Assembly (NCBI GenBank): GCA_008632985.1
Contig: QPGO01000236.1
Coordinates: 62,001 to 103,230, forward strand
DNA length: 41,230 nt
From: Psammoneis japonica
Taxonomy: Eukaryota
Direction of reading: 5' to 3'
A program made the position numbers and the translations under genes. Below, piece after piece: positions 13,056-25,500 of the stretch (position 1 is its first letter; each line of letters opens with the position of its first letter). Below the pieces are notes generated by a model. That model was not told the DNA's origin, searched no databases, and was given only the letters and a program-made list of their open reading frames with translations.

Positions 13056-14533
13056 GTGAGAAGTCCAGGAGGGGCGCACCCACACCCACTGCAGCACCAG
13101 ACACAAACGTTGCAATCAACAATGAACGCTGTTGTGCAAAATGACCGCTTGACGGCACATTGGCCAAATGACCACTGGAGGAGATTTGAAAGTTTGACAA
13201 TCATGACGGCAGATGGAAGGCGACAAATCATGGAATCGGAGCAGAAGGCGGCTTTTGATGAATTGGGTTGTTTGATGCAAAGTTCACCACAAGGCAGGAT
13301 GGTGCATTCTGATGACACGGGTGTGGCTTTGATCGAGTTTGAGAGCGGTGCACATGCGGTTGACCCGTGCCTGCGCCGTGACGCAATGGACCTGCAACGC
13401 ATGATGAATGAGGACAACATCGAAGGGAGGTGGCGGGAACTGTGGAAAGAGAGGTGCAACCACATGGTTTGGCTGCACGAACATGTGAGTGATTGGAGCA
13501 CAGAAGTGATTGAGCACATGCACGCCAGCACAGGCAGGATCTGAATTCATGACAACCTGAACTGGTTGAATGGCGTCGTCAACCGTGGGATCAATGCTCG
13601 CCATTGCCCGGAGCATTGGGGCTGCATCGCGACTCACCAAGACAGGCAAGGAAGGATGTGCTGTGTCTGCAGCACTCTGCACAATGAAGGAGAGAAAGAG
13701 CTGAGGGATGAATTTGCAGTGGGTGCGTGTGATGATGCAAAACCAGTCATTGACAGGGGAGACGTTTGAGATTGAGACGGAATTCGAGCGTCAGCATGCC
13801 GACCTGTGGCATGGACGAGACAGGCACTTGTGGACCGTTGGGAGAAACATCGGCAAGGGGAGGCACACACGGACTTGCAATGGACAAGAAGGGAATTGTT
13901 TGCGATGCATTAAAACTGGCGAAGTGGTTCCAGCGTGACATCGTGCGAGACAACCATGAAAGACTTTGGTTCTGTGAGCAAATGGAGTTCTTCAGGTTGT
14001 CTCCACGGACAGTCAATGAATGGATGCTGGACATCATCTGGAAGGAGGATGGTGAGCGGGAGAAATTTCAAAGCAGGAGAAAGGAAAAGCGTTGGGTGGA
14101 GAGACGTTGTCGCATTGAAGTTGACGAATTCGTGAGAATGGTCGGAGCGGAGACGAGGGCTTTCACCCACATGACTGACTGTTCCGACATCGGGCGACAC
14201 ATCAAGTTGAGAGTTACAAAGTTAGAGGGTGATGATGAGTTGGGCCAGAGAAAACGATTTGGCACCAAAAAGGATGGATGTGCTCAGGCCCCAACAGCAA
14301 ACCGGAACAACGTCAAAGCAGGTGAGGGGTTTGTTCATTGCAGTAAAAACAACTTTCACAGGTGCACGTTTCACAATGATGTTTTGAACAAAATGCTTTT
14401 GCAAGCAATTTGCACTGTGGAAGTGGATTTCGAAATTGCAGCAAAAGAGAGGTTTGAACTGGAATTCGCAATGATTCAAAATTTTCACAAGATTGCACGG
14501 AGTGGTGAAATGGATGAATTGTGTGCACATTAA
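13056..14533 (+). pseudogene. Extra uncharacterised gene specific to element A
   Basis: Same-strand ORF run 13056-13544, 13566-13769 and 13766-14533 with protein-like composition, broken by stops and a frameshift. No counterpart in B or C. Confidence 0.5.
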
Positions 14534-14686
14534 AAGATTTGGTTGATTCTCAATTGTGTTGCATTTGAGAAAAAGGAATCATTGATGGTGACTGTGAGAT
14601 TTTTGGTGTTAAAGAGAGGTTTGAAAATTTTCCAACGGCGAAAACAACTGGGACACAAGGCATGGAGCCACCCACAATTGGCGACA

Positions 14687-15910
14687 ATGGCAAGGAAGAA
14701 GAAGAAAGGAACTGCAGGGGTGGCTGGAGATCAACCAACAAGCCCAAGGCCAGCCACAGTGTTGGTGCGGGTGGGAGCCACTGGGGATCACCAGCCCACA
14801 AAGAGAGAGGTAGAAGAGGTGGCGCGGAAGGAACTTTTCCCAAAGGCAAAATTCCTTGTCAAGGCGGACATGGCAAGCAGCGGCAAAGTGTCGCAGCTCA
14901 TCAGGAAAAAGACAGCTGGAGGAAATTGCAGCAAGCAAGACTGGGCAGGAGCGTGGGAAGACTGGGCAAAGAAGTGCGTCATGCGTGCAATTAACGCGAA
15001 AAGGAGCACGGTCACTCAGGCGATCAAGAACAATGCAATGGCTGGCAAGTGTTTTGTGGTGCACGGCATGTTGAGTGCAGTTGCACTTGACACAACTGCA
15101 CCTTTGTTTGTTGAAGTCATGTTGACAGAGAATGAAGCAGAGGAGACACGCAGTCAGAAGCTGGCAGCAAAGGGTGGAGGTGGGAAGAAGATCAAGAAGA
15201 GGAAGAAGAACGATCGTACGGAAGAGGAAGAGCCGTTCCTGGCAACTTGGGGGGAGGAGACTGTGACAACGATTGTGGAGGACAAGCGCAAGAACAAGAA
15301 AGCATGTGCTTGGTTCTACGAAAACATCCTGAAATTCACAAAGAGCACCACCACATGGAGAAGGAAGGTGGAGTCGGGTGAGACAAAGGCAACCGGTCTG
15401 GCTGCAGCGAGCAACGAGGCTCCAGCGCTGTTGACATTGGAAAACTGCTGGAAGAGTTGGGAGCACAAGGCACGTCATGACAAGACTGTTGCAGCAGGGG
15501 GGGGTTCGGACGAAGAAGATGAGGAGGAGTCGGAACCAACACCCAAGCACACGGACCCGTCAAGGCAATGAGACTCGTGGAAAGATGCAGGGATCAAGCG
15601 ATTCAACAAACTGCTTGCGGCAGCAAAGAAAGACAGGTTGAGTGAGGAGGGCATGCAGTTCGACACATGGCACAGCGAAGGCAAGAAAAGGAAGAGTGAC
15701 GAAAGAGGCAAGGGATCAAAAAGAAAGAAAAAGCAGGTGGAGGAGGCAAGAACACAGGCAACGATGGAGCTTTCAAGTGACGACAAGGAGAAGGAGGAAG
15801 AGGCAACGGACGAGAACAGAGGAGATGAGGACAGTGACGAAGGGGAGGAGGACAGCGATGCGGAAAGCGATGCGAGTGTAGATGCAGATGGTGAGCGAGC
15901 TGCGGCATGA
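14687..15910 (+). pseudogene. Accessory gene of element A (basic/acidic protein, function unknown, one probable intron)
   Basis: ARKELFPKAKFL...SNEAPALLTLENCW...SWKDAGIKRFNKL. Homologous to the accessory genes of B and C. Probable intron starts at mutated donor GCAAGT, 15045. Confidence 0.7.
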
Positions 15911-16482
15911 AAAGGCAGCGGAGGCTTTTGTCAGTGTGACAATGGAAAGAGGACAAGCAATGTAGCAGGCTTCAATGCCAACAGTTGCAAGCTTTGATGG
16001 GGCATCAAAGGGATCATTGTTTTGTGATCTAACCTTTCGTTTGACAACCAGTGCATGCAACAGAACCAGTGTGTGCAATGGAAGGTTCTCTTGACCAATG
16101 CAACGCAATGATTGGCATTGAATTGTCACTGACCAAAACGTTGTGAACATTGCTTTCAAAAGGTAAAAAGTGACGGAATTCTGATGGTTGAGGGAGGGGT
16201 CCCATGGGCAAAGGAGGGGTCCCATGGTGAAAAATGCAATGCTGTGACACACAACAAAAAATCACGTTCTACACAACTCACTCAATGTGAAACTGTTGCA
16301 CTCATGCCTGTGACAGTGTTGAAAATTGCCTGCAAGAAGGGTGGTCAGGATCACTGTGTTTCACGCTCTGATGCTTCACCTTGTTGCCATGTGCCAATGC
16401 ATGATTGCATTGCCACACAATCCTTGGTTTGTTGATTTTTTCAAACATCATTTTAAACAAGAAAAGCATTTCATCGGTCAAG

Positions 16483-17710
16483 TCAATCCCTTGTTGCGTC
16501 TGCAGTGCAATGACCGAGTGCCGTGTTGACTGTGTGCACATTTTCTTGCTGCAACTCTCTTAAACTGAGCTGATGATCATCATCAGACTGGCCTCCATCG
16601 GACTCGTCTCCTCTGTTGTTCGTTTTGCCTTTTGCACCTTCCTCCTGCTCATCGTCGTCACCATTGTCGTCCCTGCTGCTCTCCACCATTGGGCTGTTCA
16701 TTGCCTTCACGTTCTCCGCATCACCGGTTGGTGCTTTCTTCTTCTTCTTTTTTGCTTCTCCGGACTTCTTGCACTCGCTTTTCTTGATCTCTGCATGCCA
16801 CTTTTCAAACTCCTTGCCCTCGTCACCTCTTTGCACAAATCATTGAGCCGATTGATTCCGTCATCTCCCCAAGACACTCGTTGTTTCTTTGGCTTCATGC
16901 ACCAAGGGGCAGGCCTTGTTTCTTCGGGCTCCATTTCCTCACCCAATTCTTCCGCCGCCTCCTCCTTGTTCCTGCATGCCCACACCTGCCAACAATTCTC
17001 CATGGCCAACAGCGCCAAAGCTTCGTCACCGACCTTAAACAACTGTGAGACCTGTGCATTCCCAGTTTTGATGGTGCCACTCCATGCCTGCTTTTGCTTG
17101 GTGTGAGGCAGGATGTGATCACAGAACCACTTGCGTGCCTGCTTGTTCCTTCGTTTGCCGCCGGCGACAGTGTCCAGGGCAAACGAATCCCATGTCAGCA
17201 CAAACGGGATGTCTTTCTCTTCATTCTTGTCACGGCTTGACTTTTTCCTGCCTTGCTTTTCCTCCTGACTGCCGCCTTGAGTTTCTTTTCTTTTTCCTTT
17301 CCCTCTTCCTTGGCGACAATGCCCACACAGACAAAGCATCGCCATCATCTTCTTGTGAGATGCGCGCAACTCTCGAATCACACACATTGGTCACTTGGCT
17401 TGCGGGCCATTGCCTCCGCCCCAACAGCCGAACACACCGTGTTTCTGCGATTGTCAATTTGCCTTTTTTCCGCCTTTTTTGCCCATTCCTCACAAGTTCC
17501 TGACCAATTTGAAGTGTCCATGTTGCCGCCAGCAATCTGTTTCTTGACAAACATTGAGACGCTCCAATTGCTTGCCAATTCTGATGGACTGAGAAACTTC
17601 ACCTGTGGAAAGAGATCATTTCTGGCCACCTTCTCTGCTTCTGATTTCAATGCACCATGCGCTGCCTGCGCACCTGTTCTCTTCAACACTGCCTGAAGTC
17701 TCGGGCTCAT
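16483..17710 (-). pseudogene. Accessory gene of element B
   Basis: ARNDLFPQVKFL...GDEALALLAMENCW...SWGDDGINRLNDL. Paralog of 14687-15910 and near-identical to 36209-37434. Confidence 0.7.
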
Positions 17711-18600
17711 TGGCTCAACAGTCTCATTTTTTTTCTCTTCTTTGCCGGTGGTGCTGGAGACGACATCTTGATCTTTTCATGTCAACGATGAGAGGAGTGT
17801 TGCTGCTTGACAGTGCAACCATCGTTTGGGTCGTGTTGAGACAGCCAGCCACTCTGTTTTTCTCTGTGACATTGCACAAATCATTGTCAGCAAAATTGAA
17901 ATTTGAAAATGTGTTTGTGTGTGACAACGAACAGCTCAACTTGCTTTTTGATGGGACATTTTCCATTTGTCAGGCTGACTCCTCTGCTGCCGCCTTGAGA
18001 TTCTTTTCTTTTTCCTTTCCCTCTTCCTCAGTGACAACGTCTGTGCAGACAAAGCATCACTGTCATCTTCTTGTGAGACATGCGCAACTCTCGAATCACA
18101 CACATTGGTCACTCAACTTGCGGGCCATTGCCTCTGCCCCAACAGCCGAGCACACCTTGTTTCTGCGATTGTCAATTTGCCTTTTTGCCACCTTTTTTGC
18201 CCATTCCTCACAAGTTCCTGACCAATTTGAAGTGTCCATGTTGCCGCGCAATCTGTTTCTGACAAACATTGAGACGCTCCAATNNNNNNNNNNNNNNNNN
18301 NNNNNNNNNNNNNNNNNNNNNNNNNNNNNNNNNNNNNNNNNNNNNNNNNNNNNNNNNNNNNNNNNNNNNNNNNNNTTTTTTTCTCTTCTTTGCCGGTGGT
18401 GCTGGAGACGACATCTTGATCTTTTCATGTCAACGATGAGAGGAGTGTTGCTGCTTGACAGTGCAACCGTCGTTTGGGTCGTGTTGAGACAGCCAGCCAC
18501 TCTGTTTTTCTCTGTGACATTGCACAAATCATTGTCAGCAAAATTGAAATTTGAAAATGTGTTTGTGTGTGACAACGAACAGCTCAACTTGCTTTTTGAT
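17270..18600. repeat. ~0.7-kb tandem duplication spanning the assembly gap
   Basis: 17985-18283 repeats 17270-17570, and 18376-18600 repeats 17727-17953. Confidence 0.85.
18284..18375. other. Assembly gap (92 N)
   Basis: Run of N. Confidence 1.
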
Positions 18601-21600
18601 GTGGCTGTCATTGCGCTTCAATGGAGACAATGTCCTGCATTTTGATGGCAAATGAAGAGCACAACATCCACTGCAAATGCCAGATAAAAAATCAAAATGC
18701 AGACACGTCACACCCATGAGAATCATCCAAATCTGGAAGACAATGTAATGTTTGCCAATTTCCCGCCATTTTTGCCTGTTGTTCTTCCTTTCCCTTCTCA
18801 TCCACAAGACAAGGACGACAAGCATGAGTCTTGATGAAGGCCCTGTCAATGTTGTCTGATTGACAATGGATGGAAACCCTCTTCTCTGTCCTGGGTGTGG
18901 CAAAAGTTTTTTGTGAATGGCCTGCCATTGGAGATGCTCGCCAATGTGTCACTCAGTTGCCCAAGAGTTGCAAACCCAAGATCAAATCCCAGATCAAAGC
19001 GACATTCCTGCCACAATGGAGGGGCTGCCCAAAGAAAGCGTGGTTCTTCCTCTTCGTCCTCTGATGATGATGAATCCCATCCGAGGCGACATGCTCGCAG
19101 CAGATTCCCAAGATCTTCAACGAGTGATCTGAGCAGCAGCCCCTTGTTCCCCTCCCGGATGATGCACCGCACAGAATGGACGACATGTCCTCTGTTTCAT
19201 CAAACCACAGCATGCATGGAGTTGAGCTTTCAGCAATGAACGATTTGGATGTTGGCGGTGGTCAATCCTTTGCTGCAGTGTTGGACATGACAATGGAGGA
19301 GGAAGAGGACATTCACGATGAGGATCAACGTTTGGGGATCAGGCATCACGCTCCTGCAGAAGAGGCCTTGGCTTCCACTCCCTCTTTGACAAATCTTGAC
19401 GGAGCTTGCGCAGAGTTGTGCAAGAAGCTCATGGACACATGTGGTGCTCCCCTGGAATTGTGCGATTGCATTGTTGATTTCATTGAGAGGCACACTGGGA
19501 ACAGCGACATTGAGCTTGGTGCAGTTCTGCCAAGGAGAAAAGAGTTGATGCGCACCTCAACTGAGCACTTCCCTCTTCCACCCAGCGAGTCCATTCCTGT
19601 CACTCTAGAAACCAAAAATTTCAAAACCGGTTTGCCAAAACGAGTGTCAGTGCCAAGATGGGATTTCACAAAGGTTTGGGAACAGTTTTTGCTCAATCCT
19701 CACCTGTGGCGCAGCAGAGAGAATGTGGCTGATCCAGACAATCCTTTTTTGGAAGCACAAAGTGAAGGGACCGGGCGACAAGTGCCTTTTGGCGGGTGAG
19801 TGGCACAGGCACAGTCGCGAAGAATGGACAACTGACCCGGAGAAACAATTTCTCGAGTGCAATGTCATTTGCCTCGACAAGACTGGCAGGACACAAGGGA
19901 TGGGATCACATTGTGGAGAACCAGTGATCATGACCTCTGCGCATGTTGCCTTCAACAAATGGTCTGACAAGAGTGTCTGGAAACCAATTGGTTGTCTCCC
20001 TGATTTGGAAAAGATGTCATCATCTGCGGCAAGGAATCTCTCAAACAATTGCAAGGCGGAGAAGGGACGCTCGTCAAGAGACTGCCACACTTGCTTGCGT
20101 GTTGTTTTGGAGCCACTTTTGGAAGTCATGAGAAAAGGAGGCATGAAAACATGCGTGCGATGAGGGGATGAGATGCGACACCTCCGCGCAATCCCGCTGA
20201 TTGTTCTGATCACAGGAGATGCAAAAAGCGGCAACTGCGGAGGTCACAACTGTCGCCAATGTTGCTGTCGTTTTTGCCCCATTGGCTTCAACAAACTGGA
20301 CGACCCATGGATTGAATGCGAGTTCATCCGAGGACTGGATCTCCAACAAGTGCAAACTGAGGCCAACAACGACAACAGATCAGACCAAGAAAGGAAGCAC
20401 TGGCTGGGCATCTTGCATCACCTCAAGCAACACAACGCACCTGCCAACTGTCTTTTTGAGGCAGACTTTGGTGCACAACCACATGGCATTGCCCTTGCAA
20501 CAGCAAGCAACATGATGCATCTCTTTGAAAACGGCACCTTGAAAAGGGCAATCAATTCATTTGTGGACAGCATGACACCTGTGGTCGCAAGTGAGGTGGA
20601 CAGCACAGTGGAAAGGATTTTCAGCAATCACCGGTCAACTTGCAAAGCATCCTTTTTGCGAACAAACTTCAAAGGAGGAGCAACGTCACTTGCCTTCCTC
20701 AACTCTCACCACTGGGCTGGAATGGCTTTTGTTTTCCACCTTCTCCTGTCAACCAGCGAGGGACGAAATGCATGTGAGTCATGCTTCCTTGACGAGGACG
20801 CAGACGAACCCATTGTTCCAGAGAATCGCAAGACACCCAAAGCAAACTTTGAGAGTTGCTGCCAACATGGTGAGTGCTTGGACTCTGACGATGAAAGGTC
20901 GGAGGAGTCCGAAGAGGGTGGCTGGGACGAAAATGAGGATGAGAAAGAGGAGAGTGAGGCAGAGGATGGTGACGACAACCAAAAAAAGAAAAAATGCAAG
21001 GGAAAAAGACTCAGCTGCAGCGCCCGGCAATTCATTCAATTGCTTGAGGATCTTCTTGTCTTCCATGCATGGTGCAGGCTGGGCGATCCACCCATCACAA
21101 GCGCAACTCCCAGTTCATCCATTCAGAAAACAAACACGAAAATCCGTCTCCTCATTGACTGGATGTTGCAATTCATCGCGCGAACAGAAGGATGCAGGTG
21201 GAAGCTTCAAAAGCTTCATGAAACACTCCATCTCTTGGTGTTTCTTTGTCATTGCCAACACGCAATGAACTTTGATGCAGGCTTGGGGGAACGCCTCTTG
21301 AAAGACTTTTTCAAGCTGCCATTGTCTGCCACACAACAATGCAACCTTGATGGTTTTCTGAAGCAGGTCGTGTCGCGTGTGGAGGAGGACAGTGCATTTT
21401 GCCAACTGGGAAAAAGGAAACATCAAGAGTCTGGATGGACAATCACACGCTGGGAGGAAGTGCGTTCACTCTCACCTGCAGCTGAGGGATTGGTGCTGTG
21501 ACGTTTGAGTGGACAGCTTGCGCGCTCGTTGCCAAGTTCATCCTGTGTCACTGAACTTCATGTCAGAAAAGTGGGAGGATTGTGTTGGTGAAGACAATGA

Positions 21601-21732
21601 AAACACACGTCTGACTTGCAAGACAGAGTTTTGCCATGCAAGTGGGAGGGATGCGCACCGTGCGCACCCCAGTTGCAAAAGCGAAGGCCCATGGCATGAC
21701 TGTGCCTGTGTGACCTTTGGCACACGAAAGGG

Positions 21733-22178
21733 TGCAGCATGCATGCAGACAAAAGGTCATTTTGTCACGCCCTTTGTGACATTTAAAGGCTGCAACACGT
21801 CGCCGTGATGCATTGGCTCTTGTTGGCAGCTGTGTGTTGCACTCCTCCCCATGTGTCACGCGTCCATGCGGCTCTTTGCTGACGTGTGCTGACACTGCAC
21901 GGTTTTGGCAGAACAGTGTGGGTGCGTGCGAAGGAACACACAGAACTGCACAGAGTTTTGCGCGTTCGACAGTGATCAACGTTGCTGCAGACAACTCCCA
22001 CTCAGGTTTCGAACCCCTGGCCTCCTGCCCAATGGTTGCGAGATGAACCACTCCACCATGAATTCACAACGCAGCATGCATGCAGACAAAAGGTTATTTT
22101 GTCACGCCCTTTGTGACATTTAAAGGCTGCAACACGTCGCCGTGATACATTGACTCTCATTGGCAGCTGCACATTGCA
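21733..22178 (-). mobile_element. TRIM-like miniature LTR retroelement (109-bp LTRs)
   Basis: Direct repeats 21733-21841 and 22070-22178 with TG...CA-type ends and AGGG duplicated on both flanks. Purine tract GGGGAGGAG (21850-21842) abuts the 3' LTR. Excision restores GTRKGDQQFP in frame. Confidence 0.85.
21995..22065 (-). promoter_or_regulatory. tRNA-like Pol III promoter (A box and B box) inside the TRIM
   Basis: TGGTGGAGTGG (22058-22048) and GGTTCGAAACC (22015-22005) at tRNA-like spacing. No clean cloverleaf. Confidence 0.6.
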
Positions 22179-22558
22179 AGGGCGATCAACAGTTTCCCTC
22201 CCGTTTGCTGTGTTTCTTCGAACAGGAAGACACAGGATCAATTTTTGCAGCGGCCCATCCAGCTGCTTGTCAAGCTGACCAGAGAACTGTGGGGCAACGG
22301 CATCAGCACACAAACTTGGTCAGTCGCTGGCAGCTTGATCACAAACAAAACAACTGGCTTTCAATGCCTGAGAAGACTCAGCACTCGCCTGAGTTGCGGG
22401 TTGTCCCCATCAAAGCAATTGGGGACAATGTTTTGGTTCACGAAGAATGTCCAGGAGCAGCAGAAGCGCAAGAAAAGGCCCCATTTGTTTGGGCTGCACA
22501 GGACAGAAGGAAGTGTTGGTCAGATTTGTTTCTAAAATGGGGTGCGCGCATCAATCTG

Positions 22559-25500
22559 TCATTCACTCACAGTGATTTCCCAACTCTTTCTTGCAAACAT
22601 GATGAGTTTGATCCTTTCAGAATTGGCAAAGTCATTGTGGTGCACGTGAAGCAGTGCGGCGTGAGCACCTTCCATTGCTTTTGTTCTGATGTCTTCTTCT
22701 GAAACTCCAAGATGAGCTTCTTCCTGATCGGAAGGCTTTCCCAACCACCGTTCTCGTTGTTCTTGGGTTGTAAGGTTGCTTGCAAAGAACACACTCGCAC
22801 GGCTCTTTGCAGCATCATTGTCCATTGTGCATGTGTCGAACACAGCCGATGATTTCTTCCATTGTTTGACAACCTGGAAGAAGGTTGTGAGAGCAAAGGG
22901 AATCACTGTGTCCCCCCCTTCTCCGTTTTTGGAGAGCAAGGCCCAAAGATCAATTAGATTCTGGAAAAATTGAGTCGTCCCAAAACGAGAATTGTGCCAC
23001 TCTCCATCTGGCATCCAGCAGCAGCCCAACATGATTTGGTCGAACCCATGATCATCAAAATCAACAATTTTCTCAAACTGCTGCTTGACTCTCTTGACGA
23101 AATCTCTTGCTTTCACATTGCAATTTAAGTGCAGATCAGGATGGCCATCTTAGAGAGAAACTGTTGGAACGACGTTTGTGGTTGTTTTGTTGGTTTCCTC
23201 AAATGCCATTGTGTGTGCCTTGTCTTGCCTGTGTTGGTCGGACGACCCTGAGGCCACCCCCTTCTCAGAGCACAATTCTTGAGAAGATGGATGCCTTGCA
23301 TTGAGCAGACGGGTCATCCCCAACCACAGCACATTGTGTGTTTCCCCATTGGTTTCGTCACTTGCGAAACAATCTCCCAAGTCACCATGGTCCTCTTCAC
23401 CCTCGGAGCATTGTGCAACTTGGTTGTGCTCATCATCAATGGGCTCTTTGCTTTTGTCCTCTTCACCCATGCAAGCAGTTGGAAGTTTGCTTGTGTTCTC
23501 GTCAATTGACCCCTCCTCGCAATCGCCAATTTTGTTCATTGCAAATGACAACAAATCACCGGCGGCCTTCTTCCTGTTAGAATGAGAATTCAATGTGACA
23601 ATGTCAGTGAAATCAGACAAAAAACAAATGTGGTTGCCATGAAAAAATGACCTCTCTTTGCCGTTCCAGTTCGGCTCGAACTTCATCAATTGACACGAAT
23701 GGGACTGGCTCCCATCCATGCCTTCCAAACCACTTGATCGTTGATTGCCCATCAGAGAACAAGAGCAACAGATGCTGTCCGCAACAAAAGACATCGCAGA
23801 TTCCCATCTTTTATGAGCTGCACTCAGGTCACACAGCAAAGACGCTGGACCATTCTTTCCACAGTCTTCCAAATCAAAATCACCCACTGTCCGTTCCAAG
23901 AGTGAATCGCGCTCCTCCACCGGGACCTTCATTTCCTCCATTTGCTTTGCCGCTCCCAACTTGGCTGCCGGATGGACAAGATTGCGAAGGTCAGGGTGAG
24001 CATGGATCCCCGTGCCACACAGCATCAACATCTGTGCAGAGTTCATGCATCTGAACTCTCCATGGTCAGCGCCTGTGTGATCCCATGTTTGGACCACGGT
24101 TTTAAACACATCCTCGAACGCCTTGTGGTCAAACGTTGGCTTGCCAACATTGTCCTTGATCCAGTCCATGACAACAACCAGTCCGCCAACAAGCAAGTCC
24201 ATCAAACCATTGAGTTTCATCCCGCACTCTGCCACACGAACCTCCTCGAAATCGAGTCCCGGGCTCTGCATGCGTCGGTTGTTGCGATCCCCCGCAATGC
24301 TGCCGAGTGGCCTTGCAGCTTCTCTGAAGCAATGAAGGACACGATCTCCAGCCATGAAAGGGCACTTCGCAGCATCTGTGTTGCACAACAAGCAGTGAAA
24401 ATGGGAGAATCCGGTTTGACACCCAGCCACAATGGCGCAACAAAAGCAATCGCACACACCAACCTCGTCGATGTTGTCGATGATTGCCGAACAACCGCAC
24501 GAGAAATTAAAGTCCTTCACGATGGCAAACGTAAGACGTTTCCTTGGCATGACAATGACGGGATGCTCAACTGTGTTGGACGGAAGATTTGGCTTGTCAA
24601 TTTCCTCTTCCACCCACACAGAGTGAGGGTCAAGGAAAAAATCTTTGATGTTTCTGTGGGTTGGCTTGCCCGACGGAGGATGACAAGGGCCATGGCATCT
24701 CATCATTTCTGCAGCATGTGACAGATCAAGTTTTGCGAAATGACCATGCACACGCAATCGGAACTTGGCATGCCCATGTGCCGAGCTGACATGGTTTCCA
24801 GCATTGCCTTTGGATGCAGTGATGACCTTCAACGACCAAGAGCGACCAACAGCATCTCGCAGTGATGAGCAAAGAGCACCAGTCTTGGTGCACCCATCCA
24901 TGTCACAATCTTCTTTGTCAATGTGAAGCTCAGTGTTTGAATCAACGGATTTTTTGCCGGACGATGAGATGCACTTCAGACGCGTTCCAGATGTGGGTGG
25001 AAATCCGTGTGACATTGGGCCCGTAGACTTCTACGTGCGAGCTCCACAGCAAAATCATGCGGCAATTAAAATGTCAATGATCGCCAACAGAAAATGAGGC
25101 AATTTTGCGAACGCACAAACTCGCCCATGATTGAAGTGCATCATTTTTTACTTGGCCAGTTGCATTCTTCAGACATTGAAGAATGCAACTGGCGCATTGT
25201 TGTTTCTGCAAACTTGTCACACAAAACGTCTGGGGCTTCGCAAAACAGTGAGTCTGGACAATTTTTTTTAAACATCACACATGGAAAGCTACGTGCGAAA
25301 CATGCGACGGATGACAAAAATCATTTGTGTCACACGTCAGTGCTGCGAGCTCCCACCTGGGGCTGGAACGCGTCTTCACTTGAATTTCCACGCCTTCTCT
25401 TCTAAAATGCTTGGCTCCAACCATCTCATGGAGCTCAGCTGCGAAAAGACCATCACGGTGCGGGTCATGGAAGGAACGCATTTCTTTCAAAGCAACAAGA

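Larger units (their letters stand above)
3741..16373 (-). mobile_element. Plavaka-like (CMC-type) multigene DNA transposon, element A, nested in element B
   Basis: Starts CATCAGAG at 3741 and ends CTCTGATG at 16373, with CT on both sides (3739-3740, 16374-16375). The empty site (catctgcCTccaccttg) is seen in element C at ~37532-37550 (reverse). Contains a transposase, an accessory gene, an extra gene and a long cargo gene. Confidence 0.88.
18866..22545 (+). pseudogene. Plavaka-like transposase of element B (stops, frameshifts, TRIM insertion)
   Basis: MDGNPLLCPGCGKSF start. ORF pieces 19176-19799, 19723-20163 (CLDKTG, IGCLPDLEK), 20173-21501 (GDAKSG, MMHLFENG, KLHETLH), 21509-21732 (HRAHPSCKSEGPWHD) and 22183 onward. 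Aligns along its length with transposase A. Confidence 0.8.

Noticed and set aside
17270..18600. Tandem duplication as a biological feature of element B
   Set aside because: It straddles the N gap and the second copy resembles element C more than the first, so a scaffolding artefact cannot be excluded.
21995..22065. Functional tRNA gene
   Set aside because: A and B boxes are present, but I could not fold a convincing acceptor or anticodon stem.
23750..23760. Internal CATCAGAG matches (also ~36334) as extra element ends
   Set aside because: They lie inside continuous coding homology with no partner end or TSD, so they are likely chance 8-mers.
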